Program-made: the position numbers and the translations under genes
Part shown: in pieces, positions 26,428-34,740 of the stretch
How positions within the stretch are numbered: the stretch's first letter is position 1
How the letters are laid out: every line of letters begins with the position of its first letter
DNA from: a virus
Virus record (IMG/VR): IMGVR_UViG_3300045988_115899
Location: 1-45,730 of that record
Direction: 5' to 3' (one strand)
Length of the DNA: 45,730 bases
The notes under the pieces: generated by a model
What the model was told of the DNA's origin: nothing
The model's input: only the letters and a program-made list of their open reading frames with translations
The model's database searches: none

Positions 26428-28129
26428 AATCTTTGAATTTTTGATTAATAATTTCTATTTTCTTTTGCAACTCTAATTTGCTGCCAAATTCCAAAATGTT
26501 GGTGTTTTCTCGTTCAAAGCGTCTGACAAATGCTGAAAAGTTTAGCTTTATTATCAAATCTTCGTCCGATACTACCTTTTTCGAGTGGTAAGCCTCAACT
26601 TCGTCAAGCGTAAGGTGTGGATAAGGCTCTAATTCACGCAATATAAGCATACGCTTCAACTCTGCGGGGTTATTCCTATATTCTGTTTCGATAATCTGTG
26701 TTTGCAAAGCGTCTAATTCCGCATCGCTCGCACCGCTTTCTTTCGCCTCTTTGTAACGCTTTCTTAAGTCGTTGGCACTTACGTTGTAGAACTCCGTGCC
26801 GTAGCTTATGTTCGCCCCTATAAAGCCTTTGCCATAGCGCAAGCGGCAAATAGTTTCGTCCGTCCATTTTTGCGCCTCCTCAAAGCCTTTCTTAATACTG
26901 TTTAGTATCGTTGTTTGGCTCTCAAAGTTGGCGTTCACTTGCGCCTCGTTCATTGCCTGCGTATTCAACAAGCCCTCACTATCTGTACCAACACACGCCT
27001 TTATAATATCAGTTTCAAGGCGTACCGTTTCTTCTGTGTTGTAGTCCAAAGAGCTTCTATCTACTGAAAGCATTTGTACTGGGTTGCGCATATCGGGCGT
27101 TTGCTCGCCGCCTGCGTCGATACCGGGTATCGGAATTTCCACAAAAGACCCCACGCCTGCTATACGCTTATTTCCGCACTTCGGGCACTTTTTGAGTGCG
27201 CCGTTGCTGTCGTACAGATAGTAACCCTTTGCATCTTTTATAAAGCCGTCGCTACACACTTCCCCTGTTTCGTCGTTGTGGTAGTCGCATTCCATTTGGT
27301 AGCCGCTGTATATCGGATAAGCACCGTATAAGTCAAGGTTACGCTTTGAAATATGGAAAAACAAAAACCAATCTAACGCCTCAAGCTCCAACGATAACGG
27401 GCTTTTCTTTACATCGGGTTGCTTCAAAGAGAGTGGCTCGCTCCAAAAGAAACGAGCAGGCGTATAGCCTAATTCGTGGGGCACTTCTACTATTGGCGCA
27501 CCCTCTATATCTCTGCCTTTGGCTTTGAATAGACGATAATATGCGTCATCAATAACAGCTATCGTATCATTTGGCTGAACGAACGCTATATACTCCATTT
27601 GTCCCGTTGTGGGGTTAGCCTCATAGGCTATAACGTTGTCAATTGTCAGCCAGTAGAAATAAGGCTCTGCATACGTGCCGTTTGACTCTTTTGGCATATC
27701 AACCACCAACACAGAGTTTATCTCTGTTTTGAGGTGCTCCCACCCTTTAGTAGCCCATATTCTCGGCTCGTTCAAAACCTCTGTGCGATAACGTTCCCAA
27801 TCTTCACGCTCTGTTTGATTTACAAATTGGTAGTTGAACACTGGGTTGCGCCCGTCAAATACTCGGCTTAGTTTATCAAAAACAACGCCCGTCGTACGGT
27901 TAGTACGGACGGGAAAACGAAACATTGTCTTAAACAAAAGGAACTTATCAGCTGGCAAAAGCTTTTGCACCATAGCCAAAAAGTCAGTCAAAGGGGCGTT
28001 AGCTCTCCACGTGGCATCTGTGCCAGCGTGAAACTTTACCCTCTCTTGCTGTTGCGTCGCTACACGAATAACGCCGCTATTCTTTGGCTTGCTTATCGCT
28101 TCCTTTATTTGTTCTAAGGTTAATGTCAT
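26393..28129 (-). CDS. Portal protein (578 aa)
   Basis: Size and position upstream of the scaffold and capsid genes. No motif check was possible. Confidence 0.55.
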   Translation of the reverse strand: MTLTLEQIKEAISKPKNSGVIRVATQQQERVKFHAGTDATWRANAPLTDFLAMVQKLLPADKFLLFKTMFRFPVRTNRTTGVVFDKLSRVFDGRNPVFNYQFVNQTEREDWERYRTEVLNEPRIWATKGWEHLKTEINSVLVVDMPKESNGTYAEPYFYWLTIDNVIAYEANPTTGQMEYIAFVQPNDTIAVIDDAYYRLFKAKGRDIEGAPIVEVPHELGYTPARFFWSEPLSLKQPDVKKSPLSLELEALDWFLFFHISKRNLDLYGAYPIYSGYQMECDYHNDETGEVCSDGFIKDAKGYYLYDSNGALKKCPKCGNKRIAGVGSFVEIPIPGIDAGGEQTPDMRNPVQMLSVDRSSLDYNTEETVRLETDIIKACVGTDSEGLLNTQAMNEAQVNANFESQTTILNSIKKGFEEAQKWTDETICRLRYGKGFIGANISYGTEFYNVSANDLRKRYKEAKESGASDAELDALQTQIIETEYRNNPAELKRMLILRELEPYPHLTLDEVEAYHSKKVVSDEDLIIKLNFSAFVRRFERENTNILEFGSKLELQKKIEIINQKFKDYVRKQRQQAPA

Positions 28130-28280
28130 CGCCGTTGAATTGATATTTACTTTCTTTTGGCAAACGCCACCCGCCGTTATTCTGCATACGTAGCAGGCGG
28201 GTAGCGTGGCTTATTTCAAACTCTTGTGTTACGCCCAAACTATCGCTTTGTAGCGTAACGGTCGTAACTTTCGCACCCAT
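28077..28280 (-). CDS. Hypothetical small protein (67 aa) overlapping the portal start by 53 nt
   Basis: ORF starts 3 nt after the upstream stop. Its 3' end overlaps the portal gene in another frame. Confidence 0.45.
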   Translation of the reverse strand: MGAKVTTVTLQSDSLGVTQEFEISHATRLLRMQNNGGWRLPKESKYQFNGDDINLRTNKGSDKQAKE

Positions 28281-28283
28281 TTC

Positions 28284-28922
28284 TTAAGGGTTCTTAAGGT
28301 CGGTTAATGGGTTGTAATCTTCGGGGTTGATAATCGCAAAGAAGTCGCTCCAATTAGGCGCAAAGCTCCAACTTACGGCGTTATCGTCGGGGTTCTCAAA
28401 GCCTCCCAATACCTTATCGCCAACAAAGAAGTTGTAAATAGGAATTGGACGCACCTGCGAGCCGTCTTTGAGCGCACCAATTGCGCCGTCCTCGTTCACA
28501 AGGTAAACGCCCAAGTTGCGCACATCAGTTTCGCAAGCGAGTGCTTTCATTGCTTTTATTTGAGACTGTGGAGCATTGCGGATAACGGCGTTAAACTTGG
28601 TAGGCTCTCGCCCTATCGTCATTTCAATGCCACCGAGTGTTTCGTTACCACCGCCAAAGGTGCGTGCCGCTCCTGCTTCGGTTGTTGGTGCTTGCAAGTA
28701 AGGCGATACAACTATCTTTGTATCATCGTTAGCACTCAACAAAGCTGTAAGGCTCGCTAATTTAGTAATTGGCTTTGTGCTCGAAAACTCGTTATACTTT
28801 CCGTTAGCACCTTTCAAACGCTGAAAGATAACTTTTTGAAGTTGTCCGAAACCCTCGCTACAATTGGCTTCGGGAATACCCCCAAGCGACGTCTGGTTAG
28901 GACAGTTACAAATTCTTGCCAT
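28284..28922 (-). CDS. Hypothetical virion-module protein (212 aa), first gene of the late operon
   Basis: ORF behind the 229-bp intergenic region that carries P7. No motif recognised. Confidence 0.65.
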   Translation of the reverse strand: MARICNCPNQTSLGGIPEANCSEGFGQLQKVIFQRLKGANGKYNEFSSTKPITKLASLTALLSANDDTKIVVSPYLQAPTTEAGAARTFGGGNETLGGIEMTIGREPTKFNAVIRNAPQSQIKAMKALACETDVRNLGVYLVNEDGAIGALKDGSQVRPIPIYNFFVGDKVLGGFENPDDNAVSWSFAPNWSDFFAIINPEDYNPLTDLKNP

Positions 28923-28986
28923 TTTTTCTGAATTTAATTATTAATAATTTTTTCTTTCCGTGCTTACCCTCTGCACTTTACATTGG

Positions 28987-29018
28987 CAAATGTAGTCAAA
29001 ATATCGCTAACCTACAAG
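28987..29018 (-). promoter_or_regulatory. Candidate late promoter P7
   Basis: Minus strand CTTG-N20-TACATTTG. It lacks the extended GCAAAAAGTTTTG element of P1-P5. Confidence 0.4.
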
Positions 29019-29151
29019 AAATTACACGATAATTTCCAAATTTACCGCTTTATTTTCGTTTTAAAGGCTTTTATTTCTCTTTGCGTACAACTTTACCACG
29101 ATGATAAGATAACGCACCACGCATAAAAGAAACACACAAAACCAACCCTTT

Positions 29152-30696
29152 TTAGTTTCTTATCCTAACGCCCGTGCGTCTGTGTCCGTATGGGTGTATG
29201 TTCTTTGTCGCAATTTCTTTCTCATAGACACCCGTCAAGCCGTCCTCTATATCGTCGTGCTTGTTCGCTCCAAAGTTACGCAAAAAGTCCGTCAAGTGTT
29301 CGTAAATATCGGGGTATCGTGTTTCCCAACCAAATGGCATAACGATACTTTGGTTTACCATTGCGGAACTCGTCAATATTCGGCTTTCCTTATTCGTGCT
29401 TTGGTGGAATGGCAACGTTATCGCCTTTACCTTACTTTTGATAACTTTTTCAAATTGCATTCCTCCGTTATTGCTTTCTATCCACGCCTTTTGTGTACCG
29501 TTGCGATTAATCATTTCGGGCACTGTTATCGTGGTTACTTCGGTAGGCTCTTTGGTAGCTATCATATCGGTAACAAGCGCAAAGAGTATAGGTTCAAAGT
29601 TGCCCGTGTGCTCATTGTATGCCTTGTTAGGCGATAAGTAAATATCATAACACACGCTAAACAACATATCGTCGCCCTCGTCGGCAACGTCCGTATAGTT
29701 GCCGCTTCGTATGTACGTGCCGTACTCTGATTTGTCCACCCACGTCTTGAATGGTTGATACAACAAGCCCTCCGCACCGCTCGGGTTGCCTTGATGCAAG
29801 CAATTGAACTGCACTGGGTCTAACGCCTGCTGCTCTTTCAGCCTCTCCAAGCTGTGCCTTTGCTCCCATAGCGACGTGTCTTTTTCTCGTGGGTCAATCT
29901 CTGTGGGGTCGCTCGTCTTTATAGCCTCAAAGTTCACACGTACCCACGCCCCCTGTGGTATGTTGTTCAGCTCGTCCCATTTGGTAACGTCGATTATTTG
30001 CTCGTTGCTCTTTTCCAGCTTACCGATAATATCTTCTTTGTGCCAACGGGTAAACACTATTAATTGTTGGCTGTTGTTATGCAAACGAGTACGCACGACG
30101 GTAGTGTACCACTTCCAAGCCGCCTCACGTACAACGGGGCTGTTACCCTCTGCGTAGTCCTTGTACACGTCATCGAGTATCGCAATATCAACCGTTTTAC
30201 TCGTCAATGCTCCACCACGACCAACCACACGCAACGACCCCTTATGTCCTACTATTTCAAACACCGTGCTATTGCGCAAGTGGTTACCTGCCACCGTTAC
30301 AACGTTTGAGCCATTAAGGCACGTATCGGGGAAAACGTTGTTATATCTTTTTGTGTCAATGATGCGTTGTATATCTCTGTTGAAGTCCTGCGCCACAGTT
30401 GCTGAATAAGACCCAATACATATTTTTGCGTCGGGGTTGCGCCCTAAAATAAAGGCGGGCAAAAAGCGGCTACTACCTTGCGACTTTCCGTGTTGTGGTG
30501 GTGCTTGTATTATTAACTTCTTTATCTTTCCTTGTGCGAACAAGTCAAGCACTTTATAATAGTTTTCGTGGAAAGGGCTTACGTCAAATTCGGGCATTAT
30601 ATAACGTCCGAAGTTTAAAAGCCTTTTCTTTGCAGCGGCAATAACCAACGCTTCGGGGTTGCGCCTCAACATTGACAATATACTCTCTCTACTCAT
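29152..30696 (-). CDS. terL: Terminase large subunit
   Basis: Walker A-like IIQAPPQHGKS and Walker B-like VDIAILDD, 514 aa, with an acidic nuclease-type C-terminal half. Confidence 0.8.
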   Translation of the reverse strand: MSRESILSMLRRNPEALVIAAAKKRLLNFGRYIMPEFDVSPFHENYYKVLDLFAQGKIKKLIIQAPPQHGKSQGSSRFLPAFILGRNPDAKICIGSYSATVAQDFNRDIQRIIDTKRYNNVFPDTCLNGSNVVTVAGNHLRNSTVFEIVGHKGSLRVVGRGGALTSKTVDIAILDDVYKDYAEGNSPVVREAAWKWYTTVVRTRLHNNSQQLIVFTRWHKEDIIGKLEKSNEQIIDVTKWDELNNIPQGAWVRVNFEAIKTSDPTEIDPREKDTSLWEQRHSLERLKEQQALDPVQFNCLHQGNPSGAEGLLYQPFKTWVDKSEYGTYIRSGNYTDVADEGDDMLFSVCYDIYLSPNKAYNEHTGNFEPILFALVTDMIATKEPTEVTTITVPEMINRNGTQKAWIESNNGGMQFEKVIKSKVKAITLPFHQSTNKESRILTSSAMVNQSIVMPFGWETRYPDIYEHLTDFLRNFGANKHDDIEDGLTGVYEKEIATKNIHPYGHRRTGVRIRN

Positions 30697-30750
30697 AACT
30701 TTTTATAACGTCAAAAGCTCGCAAAGCTGTTACGCCTTGCAAGCTCTTTT

Positions 30751-30933
30751 TTATTGGTTTAATTTTGCTTCGACAAACTCGCTTATCGTTTGCCCACTTT
30801 CCTTTGCCTTTTCCTTTACTTCCTCCGCTGTTTGCTTTGATAGATAAACGCAAAGTTGCACTTTGTAAAGGCGGGGGCGTCCTCCATTACGCCAACCGCC
30901 CCTTTTCCCTTTTTCCTTTTTCTTTTCTTCCAT
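30751..30933 (-). CDS. Ribbon-helix-helix (CopG/Arc-like) DNA-binding protein (60 aa)
   Basis: Basic N-terminus, beta-strand VQLCVYLS and two helices (KQTAEEVKEKAKESG, TISEFVEAKL). Located directly upstream of terL. Confidence 0.45.
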   Translation of the reverse strand: MEEKKKEKGKRGGWRNGGRPRLYKVQLCVYLSKQTAEEVKEKAKESGQTISEFVEAKLNQ

Positions 30934-30943
30934 ATCTTTTTAT

Positions 30944-31240
30944 TTAATCACAGGGCGTTACTATCGCTTGCGATACTGGCACAAATTCTACTCTCTTTGA
31001 GCGTGTGCCGTCTTTTTTCGCCCTATTAACAACAAACATCATCATATCATATCGCACCACGTAGCTACTTATCCAACCTTTGAATTGCTCGTGAAAATAG
31101 GTTACATCTACCTTTGTATTTATTGGCAAAGGTGCGCAATCTCTTACATACTCCTCTTTCAACTCTTCCTCTTGCCTCTTCAAGGCTAACATTTGCTGCT
31201 TAATCTTTGAGAGTTTCTCTCTGTATTGCTTTTCCGTCAT
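30944..31240 (-). CDS. Hypothetical protein (98 aa)
   Basis: ORF with an A-rich leader. N-terminal coiled coil. Confidence 0.6.
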   Translation of the reverse strand: MTEKQYREKLSKIKQQMLALKRQEEELKEEYVRDCAPLPINTKVDVTYFHEQFKGWISSYVVRYDMMMFVVNRAKKDGTRSKRVEFVPVSQAIVTPCD

Positions 31241-31247
31241 ATCTTTT

Positions 31248-31733
31248 TTATTTATAATTATTCCACGTGTCGAGTATTTCTCGTGCGGCGGCTCTTTTCG
31301 CTTCCTGCTTGTTATCGCCTGTCGCTCTTACTACTCTACCATTTGGCAGCGTTATGGCTACCTCGATAGTCGGGCAGTGGTCGTAGCCGCTCTTTCCAAT
31401 CACTTCTGTGGTTATGTTACGCCCCCACTTCTTCTGCACAAGCTCACCAAGAATTATTACAGGGTTCTGTGTCTTATCCCAAGAAAAGACGTCTTTGTGC
31501 GCCTTGTGCGCTTTACCGTCAAGTACGCCAGCGGCAATTTTGCCCTTTATTCCCTTAATGAAGAAGTAAAGGCGTTCGGGCTTTACAGACTTGTGTTTGC
31601 AAGCTGCCAACAACTTCTCCGTTGCCTCTGCGTCGCCAAGCACTCGTACTGTGTAGTTACCATTCTCATTTACGTAGAACAAAAGCTCATAGCCTTTGAA
31701 CTCTACCATTTTGTTTAATTTCTTTGTGTCCAT
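31248..31733 (-). CDS. Protein with C-terminal double-stranded-RNA-binding domain (dsRBD/DSRM), 161 aa
   Basis: NPVIILGELVQKKWG - SGYDHCPTIEVAITLPNGRVVRATGDNKQEAKRAAAREIL matches dsRBD regions 1-3 (helix, GPxH loop, G-x-x-K-x-EAK-x-AA-x-x-x-L). Confidence 0.6.
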   Translation of the reverse strand: MDTKKLNKMVEFKGYELLFYVNENGNYTVRVLGDAEATEKLLAACKHKSVKPERLYFFIKGIKGKIAAGVLDGKAHKAHKDVFSWDKTQNPVIILGELVQKKWGRNITTEVIGKSGYDHCPTIEVAITLPNGRVVRATGDNKQEAKRAAAREILDTWNNYK

Positions 31734-31750
31734 TTTTATTTGTTTTATGT

Positions 31751-32284
31751 TTATTCGTAAAAAACACTGAACAGCGTTTTTTTATACCATTCTTCTGCCA
31801 TTCTTTTAACCTCTTCACGCTCTGCGTGTACTCCCAACTTTTCCCGCTTTGAACTATGATAATTCCAATAATTTCTTGCGTAAAAATAATAACCGCTTTT
31901 ATCTTCTAAAGGTATCGTAGACACCCAAGGCATTATCGTTGATGCAGACGGGCGAAACGTTGGATATATTTGGTTATTGTATTCGTTGTAATCTTCCCAC
32001 TTTATTTCTAATGTGGAAAACTCGTTTGCCACTTCTTTTGCGTAATGCTTGTTAGCATATTTTTGGGCACTCTCTAAGGTCGTAAACCTTTTGTTTTTTA
32101 TTTTGTTTTTCATACCCCCTTGTAAATAATAGGCAGAGTTCTGTTCGTCCTCTATAGCCTCTATTGTATATAGACCTAAACGAAATTGACGTCCCTTGCA
32201 AAACACCCACATCCATTTAGAAGTATATTTGTCGTAAGCTTTAAGGCTTTCTTTTTCCCATTTCAAAAGTTTAATCCTTTTCAT
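31751..32284 (-). CDS. Hypothetical protein (177 aa)
   Basis: Start trimmed to MKRIK (ATG 32284). The longer ORF-track start would translate through the GC hairpin at 32300..32315. Confidence 0.6.
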   Translation of the reverse strand: MKRIKLLKWEKESLKAYDKYTSKWMWVFCKGRQFRLGLYTIEAIEDEQNSAYYLQGGMKNKIKNKRFTTLESAQKYANKHYAKEVANEFSTLEIKWEDYNEYNNQIYPTFRPSASTIMPWVSTIPLEDKSGYYFYARNYWNYHSSKREKLGVHAEREEVKRMAEEWYKKTLFSVFYE

Positions 32285-32299
32285 ATCGTTGTTTTTTGT

Positions 32300-32315
32300 G
32301 GGGGCTTTCGCCCCC
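32300..32315 (-). other. Intercistronic GC-clamp hairpin with GAAA tetraloop
   Basis: Minus strand gggggc-gaaa-gccccc, then acaaaaaacaacgat, then ATG 32284. Confidence 0.55.
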
Positions 32316-32328
32316 TTGTTATTATTTA

Positions 32329-32412
32329 TTATTTCCAAGCACTGTTTATTCTTTCCTCAACCCATTTAAAAAAGTTGTCGGTTGAACTCATAGCTTTATT
32401 TGGCACTTCCAT
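32329..32412 (-). CDS. Possible micro-ORF (27 aa, MEVPNKAMSSTDNFFKWVEERINSAWK)
   Basis: Shares the hairpin plus aaaaaacaacgatATG leader with the next gene. Too short to assess. Confidence 0.3.
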   Translation of the reverse strand: MEVPNKAMSSTDNFFKWVEERINSAWK

Positions 32413-32430
32413 ATCGTTGTTTTTTTTATT

Positions 32431-32448
32431 GGAGGGGTTTCCCCCTCC
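32431..32448 (-). other. Intercistronic GC-clamp hairpin with GAAA tetraloop
   Basis: Minus strand ggagggg-gaaa-cccctcc, then aataaaaaaaacaacgat, then ATG 32412. Confidence 0.55.
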
Positions 32449-32455
32449 GTTATTT

Positions 32456-32869
32456 TTAGAACTTCATATTTAATTCTTTCTCTATTTTGTATATCAACTC
32501 TTTGTCAGCGCAAAGGTCGTAAACATTCATTGCTTCGTCTGTCATACTACCTGTTGGATAAACGTGTGCGCTAAATCTGTACTTGTTGCCTTTGTAGTAG
32601 TAGTAGCGGCTTTCGCTCTTATTGCTTTGTTGGTAGCTTGCATTTTCACTTTCTAAGAACTTTTCAAACGCTGCTATTTTGTTTTCCAACTCGTCGTACT
32701 TTGCCATTCTTGCGTCGTGCTCTGCCTTGAATTGTGCGTAAGCCTTGAGAACTGACATATTACCAAAAGTTCTGCGATATTCTGCGTTTTTCTTCATTCT
32801 TTCGTGTCCTTGCTTACCTACTGTCTTTGTGTATTTAAGCTTGAAAGTGTGCAGTGTTAAATTTTTCAT
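32456..32869 (-). CDS. Hypothetical protein (137 aa), first gene behind promoter P6
   Basis: ORF. No confident motif recognised. Confidence 0.65.
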   Translation of the reverse strand: MKNLTLHTFKLKYTKTVGKQGHERMKKNAEYRRTFGNMSVLKAYAQFKAEHDARMAKYDELENKIAAFEKFLESENASYQQSNKSESRYYYYKGNKYRFSAHVYPTGSMTDEAMNVYDLCADKELIYKIEKELNMKF

Positions 32870-32934
32870 TTCTTTGTTACAGTTGTTATGGTGTGTCTCA
32901 CCTTTTTGTTGTTGTTTGTTTAATTATTACATTG

Positions 32935-32966
32935 CAAAGATAAGCATTATATTTGATACTTGCAAG
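32935..32966 (-). promoter_or_regulatory. Candidate promoter P6
   Basis: Minus strand CTTGC-N19/20-TATCTTTG. The -7 motif is perfect and the -33 is weak. Confidence 0.4.
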
Positions 32967-33009
32967 TAAATAACAAAATAAATGCTGTTTTTTAATTGCT
33001 ATTAACACT

Positions 33010-33234
33010 TTAAGCGTTGCTTTTACACTTTTTAGGTGTTCCGTGTATATAATAGGGGCAATCTTTAGCGTTGGTGCTCTTCGTTATATAATAGTCTACG
33101 TGCGCACACGTAAGACAAAAAGGCTTACCGTGTACATCTAAATGCCGATGTTCGCCTGTTACCCACGTAGCAAGCGAACATTCCCTACAATACTGTACAA
33201 CGGCTGCTTTACTCTTTCTTGTTGCCTTTGCCAT
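33010..33234 (-). CDS. Small cysteine-rich (zinc-binding) protein (74 aa)
   Basis: CRECS ... CLTCAH ... C pattern. Overlaps the TerS-like gene's 3' end by 26 nt. Confidence 0.55.
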   Translation of the reverse strand: MAKATRKSKAAVVQYCRECSLATWVTGEHRHLDVHGKPFCLTCAHVDYYITKSTNAKDCPYYIHGTPKKCKSNA

Positions 33235-33763
33235 TTTCTTTTTCTTTCTTTATGGTGTCGTACTTTTGTTCCTGCAAAGCGTCTGCCACGTTAAATAACA
33301 AATCTTCGGGCAAATTCTCGAAGTAGTAATCGTCAATCTCGACTTGTGGCTTATTCGTAACATCTTCTGCCTGCACGTGCTGCCTATTCTTCCATTTCTC
33401 GGGGGCAATGTTACAGAGAGAGAAAGCCAAAGCCCCCGTATCGGGTGGGTACGCCTTTTCTCGTACCTTTTGCGACTTTATAACGGGGTTGCCGTCTTTG
33501 TCGCTCTTGTACTCCGTTTCCGTTTCCGTAACAGTGTAACCAGTAGCCCTTTTGTACAACGAATTTTCCAACTTGTGCGTTAATGTTTCCCTGTACTTGC
33601 TGTGAGCTTTCTTTACAAGCTCTCTAAACTCTTTCTTTTCTTCCTGCCACCTATAGAAAGTGCCCTCTACAATACCTGCTTTGACACACGCCTGCAATTG
33701 CGTGTCGCCACTCGCTATTGAATTGAATATTACCTCTTTTGTTTCCTTGTTGTACTTTGCCAT
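33209..33763 (-). CDS. Terminase small subunit-like HTH protein (184 aa)
   Basis: N-terminal HTH (ACVKAGIVEGTFYRWQEEKKEFRELVKKA) and the PPDTGALAFSLCNIAPEKWKNRQ box resemble TerS families (P-D-x-x-A-x-x-F-x-L-x-N-x-x-P-x-x-W). Confidence 0.5.
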   Translation of the reverse strand: MAKYNKETKEVIFNSIASGDTQLQACVKAGIVEGTFYRWQEEKKEFRELVKKAHSKYRETLTHKLENSLYKRATGYTVTETETEYKSDKDGNPVIKSQKVREKAYPPDTGALAFSLCNIAPEKWKNRQHVQAEDVTNKPQVEIDDYYFENLPEDLLFNVADALQEQKYDTIKKEKENGKGNKKE

Positions 33764-33783
33764 AACTTTTTTGCTCCTTTCCG

Positions 33784-34116
33784 TTATTTATCTTCCCGCT
33801 TTGGTACTTTATCTATCTGCTTTAACCTCGATACTAAGGCGTCGGCGTACTTCACAGCTATATCTGCCATTTCTTTTGGCTCTATCTGCCACGATTGAGC
33901 CATTAGCCCTTGCATAGCTGCTATTGAGGCGTTGTTCCTTACCTCTTCCCATTTTGAGGCGACGGGTATTCGCTCTAAATCTTCCGCCCTATACAACACG
34001 TGGTGCAACTTGCTATCAAGTACTTTTAGCATTCCCAACCCGTCATCATCTACCGATATAATGGTAACAATTTCTCCAGTTGCTTTTACTCTTGCGTCCA
34101 TATATTTTTTGTTCAC
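33784..34116 (-). CDS. Hypothetical protein (110 aa; GTG start, or ATG at 34101)
   Basis: ORF. The GTGA overlap with the upstream stop suggests translational coupling. Confidence 0.55.
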   Translation of the reverse strand: MNKKYMDARVKATGEIVTIISVDDDGLGMLKVLDSKLHHVLYRAEDLERIPVASKWEEVRNNASIAAMQGLMAQSWQIEPKEMADIAVKYADALVSRLKQIDKVPKREDK

Positions 34117-34271
34117 TCAATTAGTATTTTTCCCTCTCCATTACAACGTGGGCAACTCCTACGCCCCGTTATTCTCTCTAATATCGAATAAGAGTACATT
34201 GGCTGTTCGTTACATTCGGTAGGAATACTTCCCCTACCTTGACAGTGTATGCACTCTAACCAAGCACCCAT
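34113..34271 (-). CDS. DnaJ-type zinc-finger micro-protein (52 aa), not in the ORF track
   Basis: My translation: MGAWLECIHCQGRGSIPTECNEQPMYSYSILERITGRRSCPRCNGEGKILIE. It contains two CXXCXGXG motifs. Confidence 0.5.
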   Translation of the reverse strand: MGAWLECIHCQGRGSIPTECNEQPMYSYSILERITGRRSCPRCNGEGKILIE

Positions 34272-34275
34272 ATAA

Positions 34276-34734
34276 CTACTTTGTTTTGTCGTTTCCTCGT
34301 TCTGTGCTCTCTTTTAGCTCCTTGTAGAACGTTATGTATTTATCGTCCGAATACAACGGCGTGTAGCCTTTACGTTGATACCAACTTGCCGTAAATTTAT
34401 CTTTTTCAGCCCACAAATAAGTATTCTTTGCTCCAAATCTGCGGCGTGCCTCGTTCTCTGCCTCCTCGAGTAACCTATTACCATACCCTTTGCGCCTGTG
34501 CTCTTCCTCTACGCTTAACGAATAAATAGAGGCACTTGTGGTTATCTCATCGTCCACACCTACGCTACACACACCAACGCCATTGTTAAGCACTATTAGC
34601 GTGCTTTTTTCTAAACGACAATAAGCGAACGAATGATGCTCATTCTTTCTAACCTTAACGCCCTGCATCTTCTCTTTTACCGTTGAGGCTAAAAGACATA
34701 TCGCCACTGTTAGTATTATTATAACTATTCCCAT
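34276..34734 (-). CDS. GNAT-family N-acetyltransferase with hydrophobic N-terminal segment (152 aa)
   Basis: IYSLSVEEEHRRKGYGNRLLEEAE is the acetyl-CoA motif A (R-x-x-G-x-G). The N-terminus MGIVIIILTVAICLLASTV looks like a TM segment or signal anchor. Confidence 0.65.
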   Translation of the reverse strand: MGIVIIILTVAICLLASTVKEKMQGVKVRKNEHHSFAYCRLEKSTLIVLNNGVGVCSVGVDDEITTSASIYSLSVEEEHRRKGYGNRLLEEAENEARRRFGAKNTYLWAEKDKFTASWYQRKGYTPLYSDDKYITFYKELKESTERGNDKTK

Positions 34735-34740
34735 AATTCA

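Noticed and set aside
28923-29151. The longest intergenic gap, considered as a tRNA or ncRNA locus.
   Set aside because: No cloverleaf-compatible stems or GTTCRA T-loop box were seen. It contains a -7 TACATTTG motif and is better explained as the late promoter plus 5' UTR.
30697-30750. A possible hairpin or terminator between the RHH gene and terL (gagcttgcaagg ... ctttgcgagct).
   Set aside because: On checking base pairs, the two halves are direct rather than inverted repeats and do not form a stable stem.
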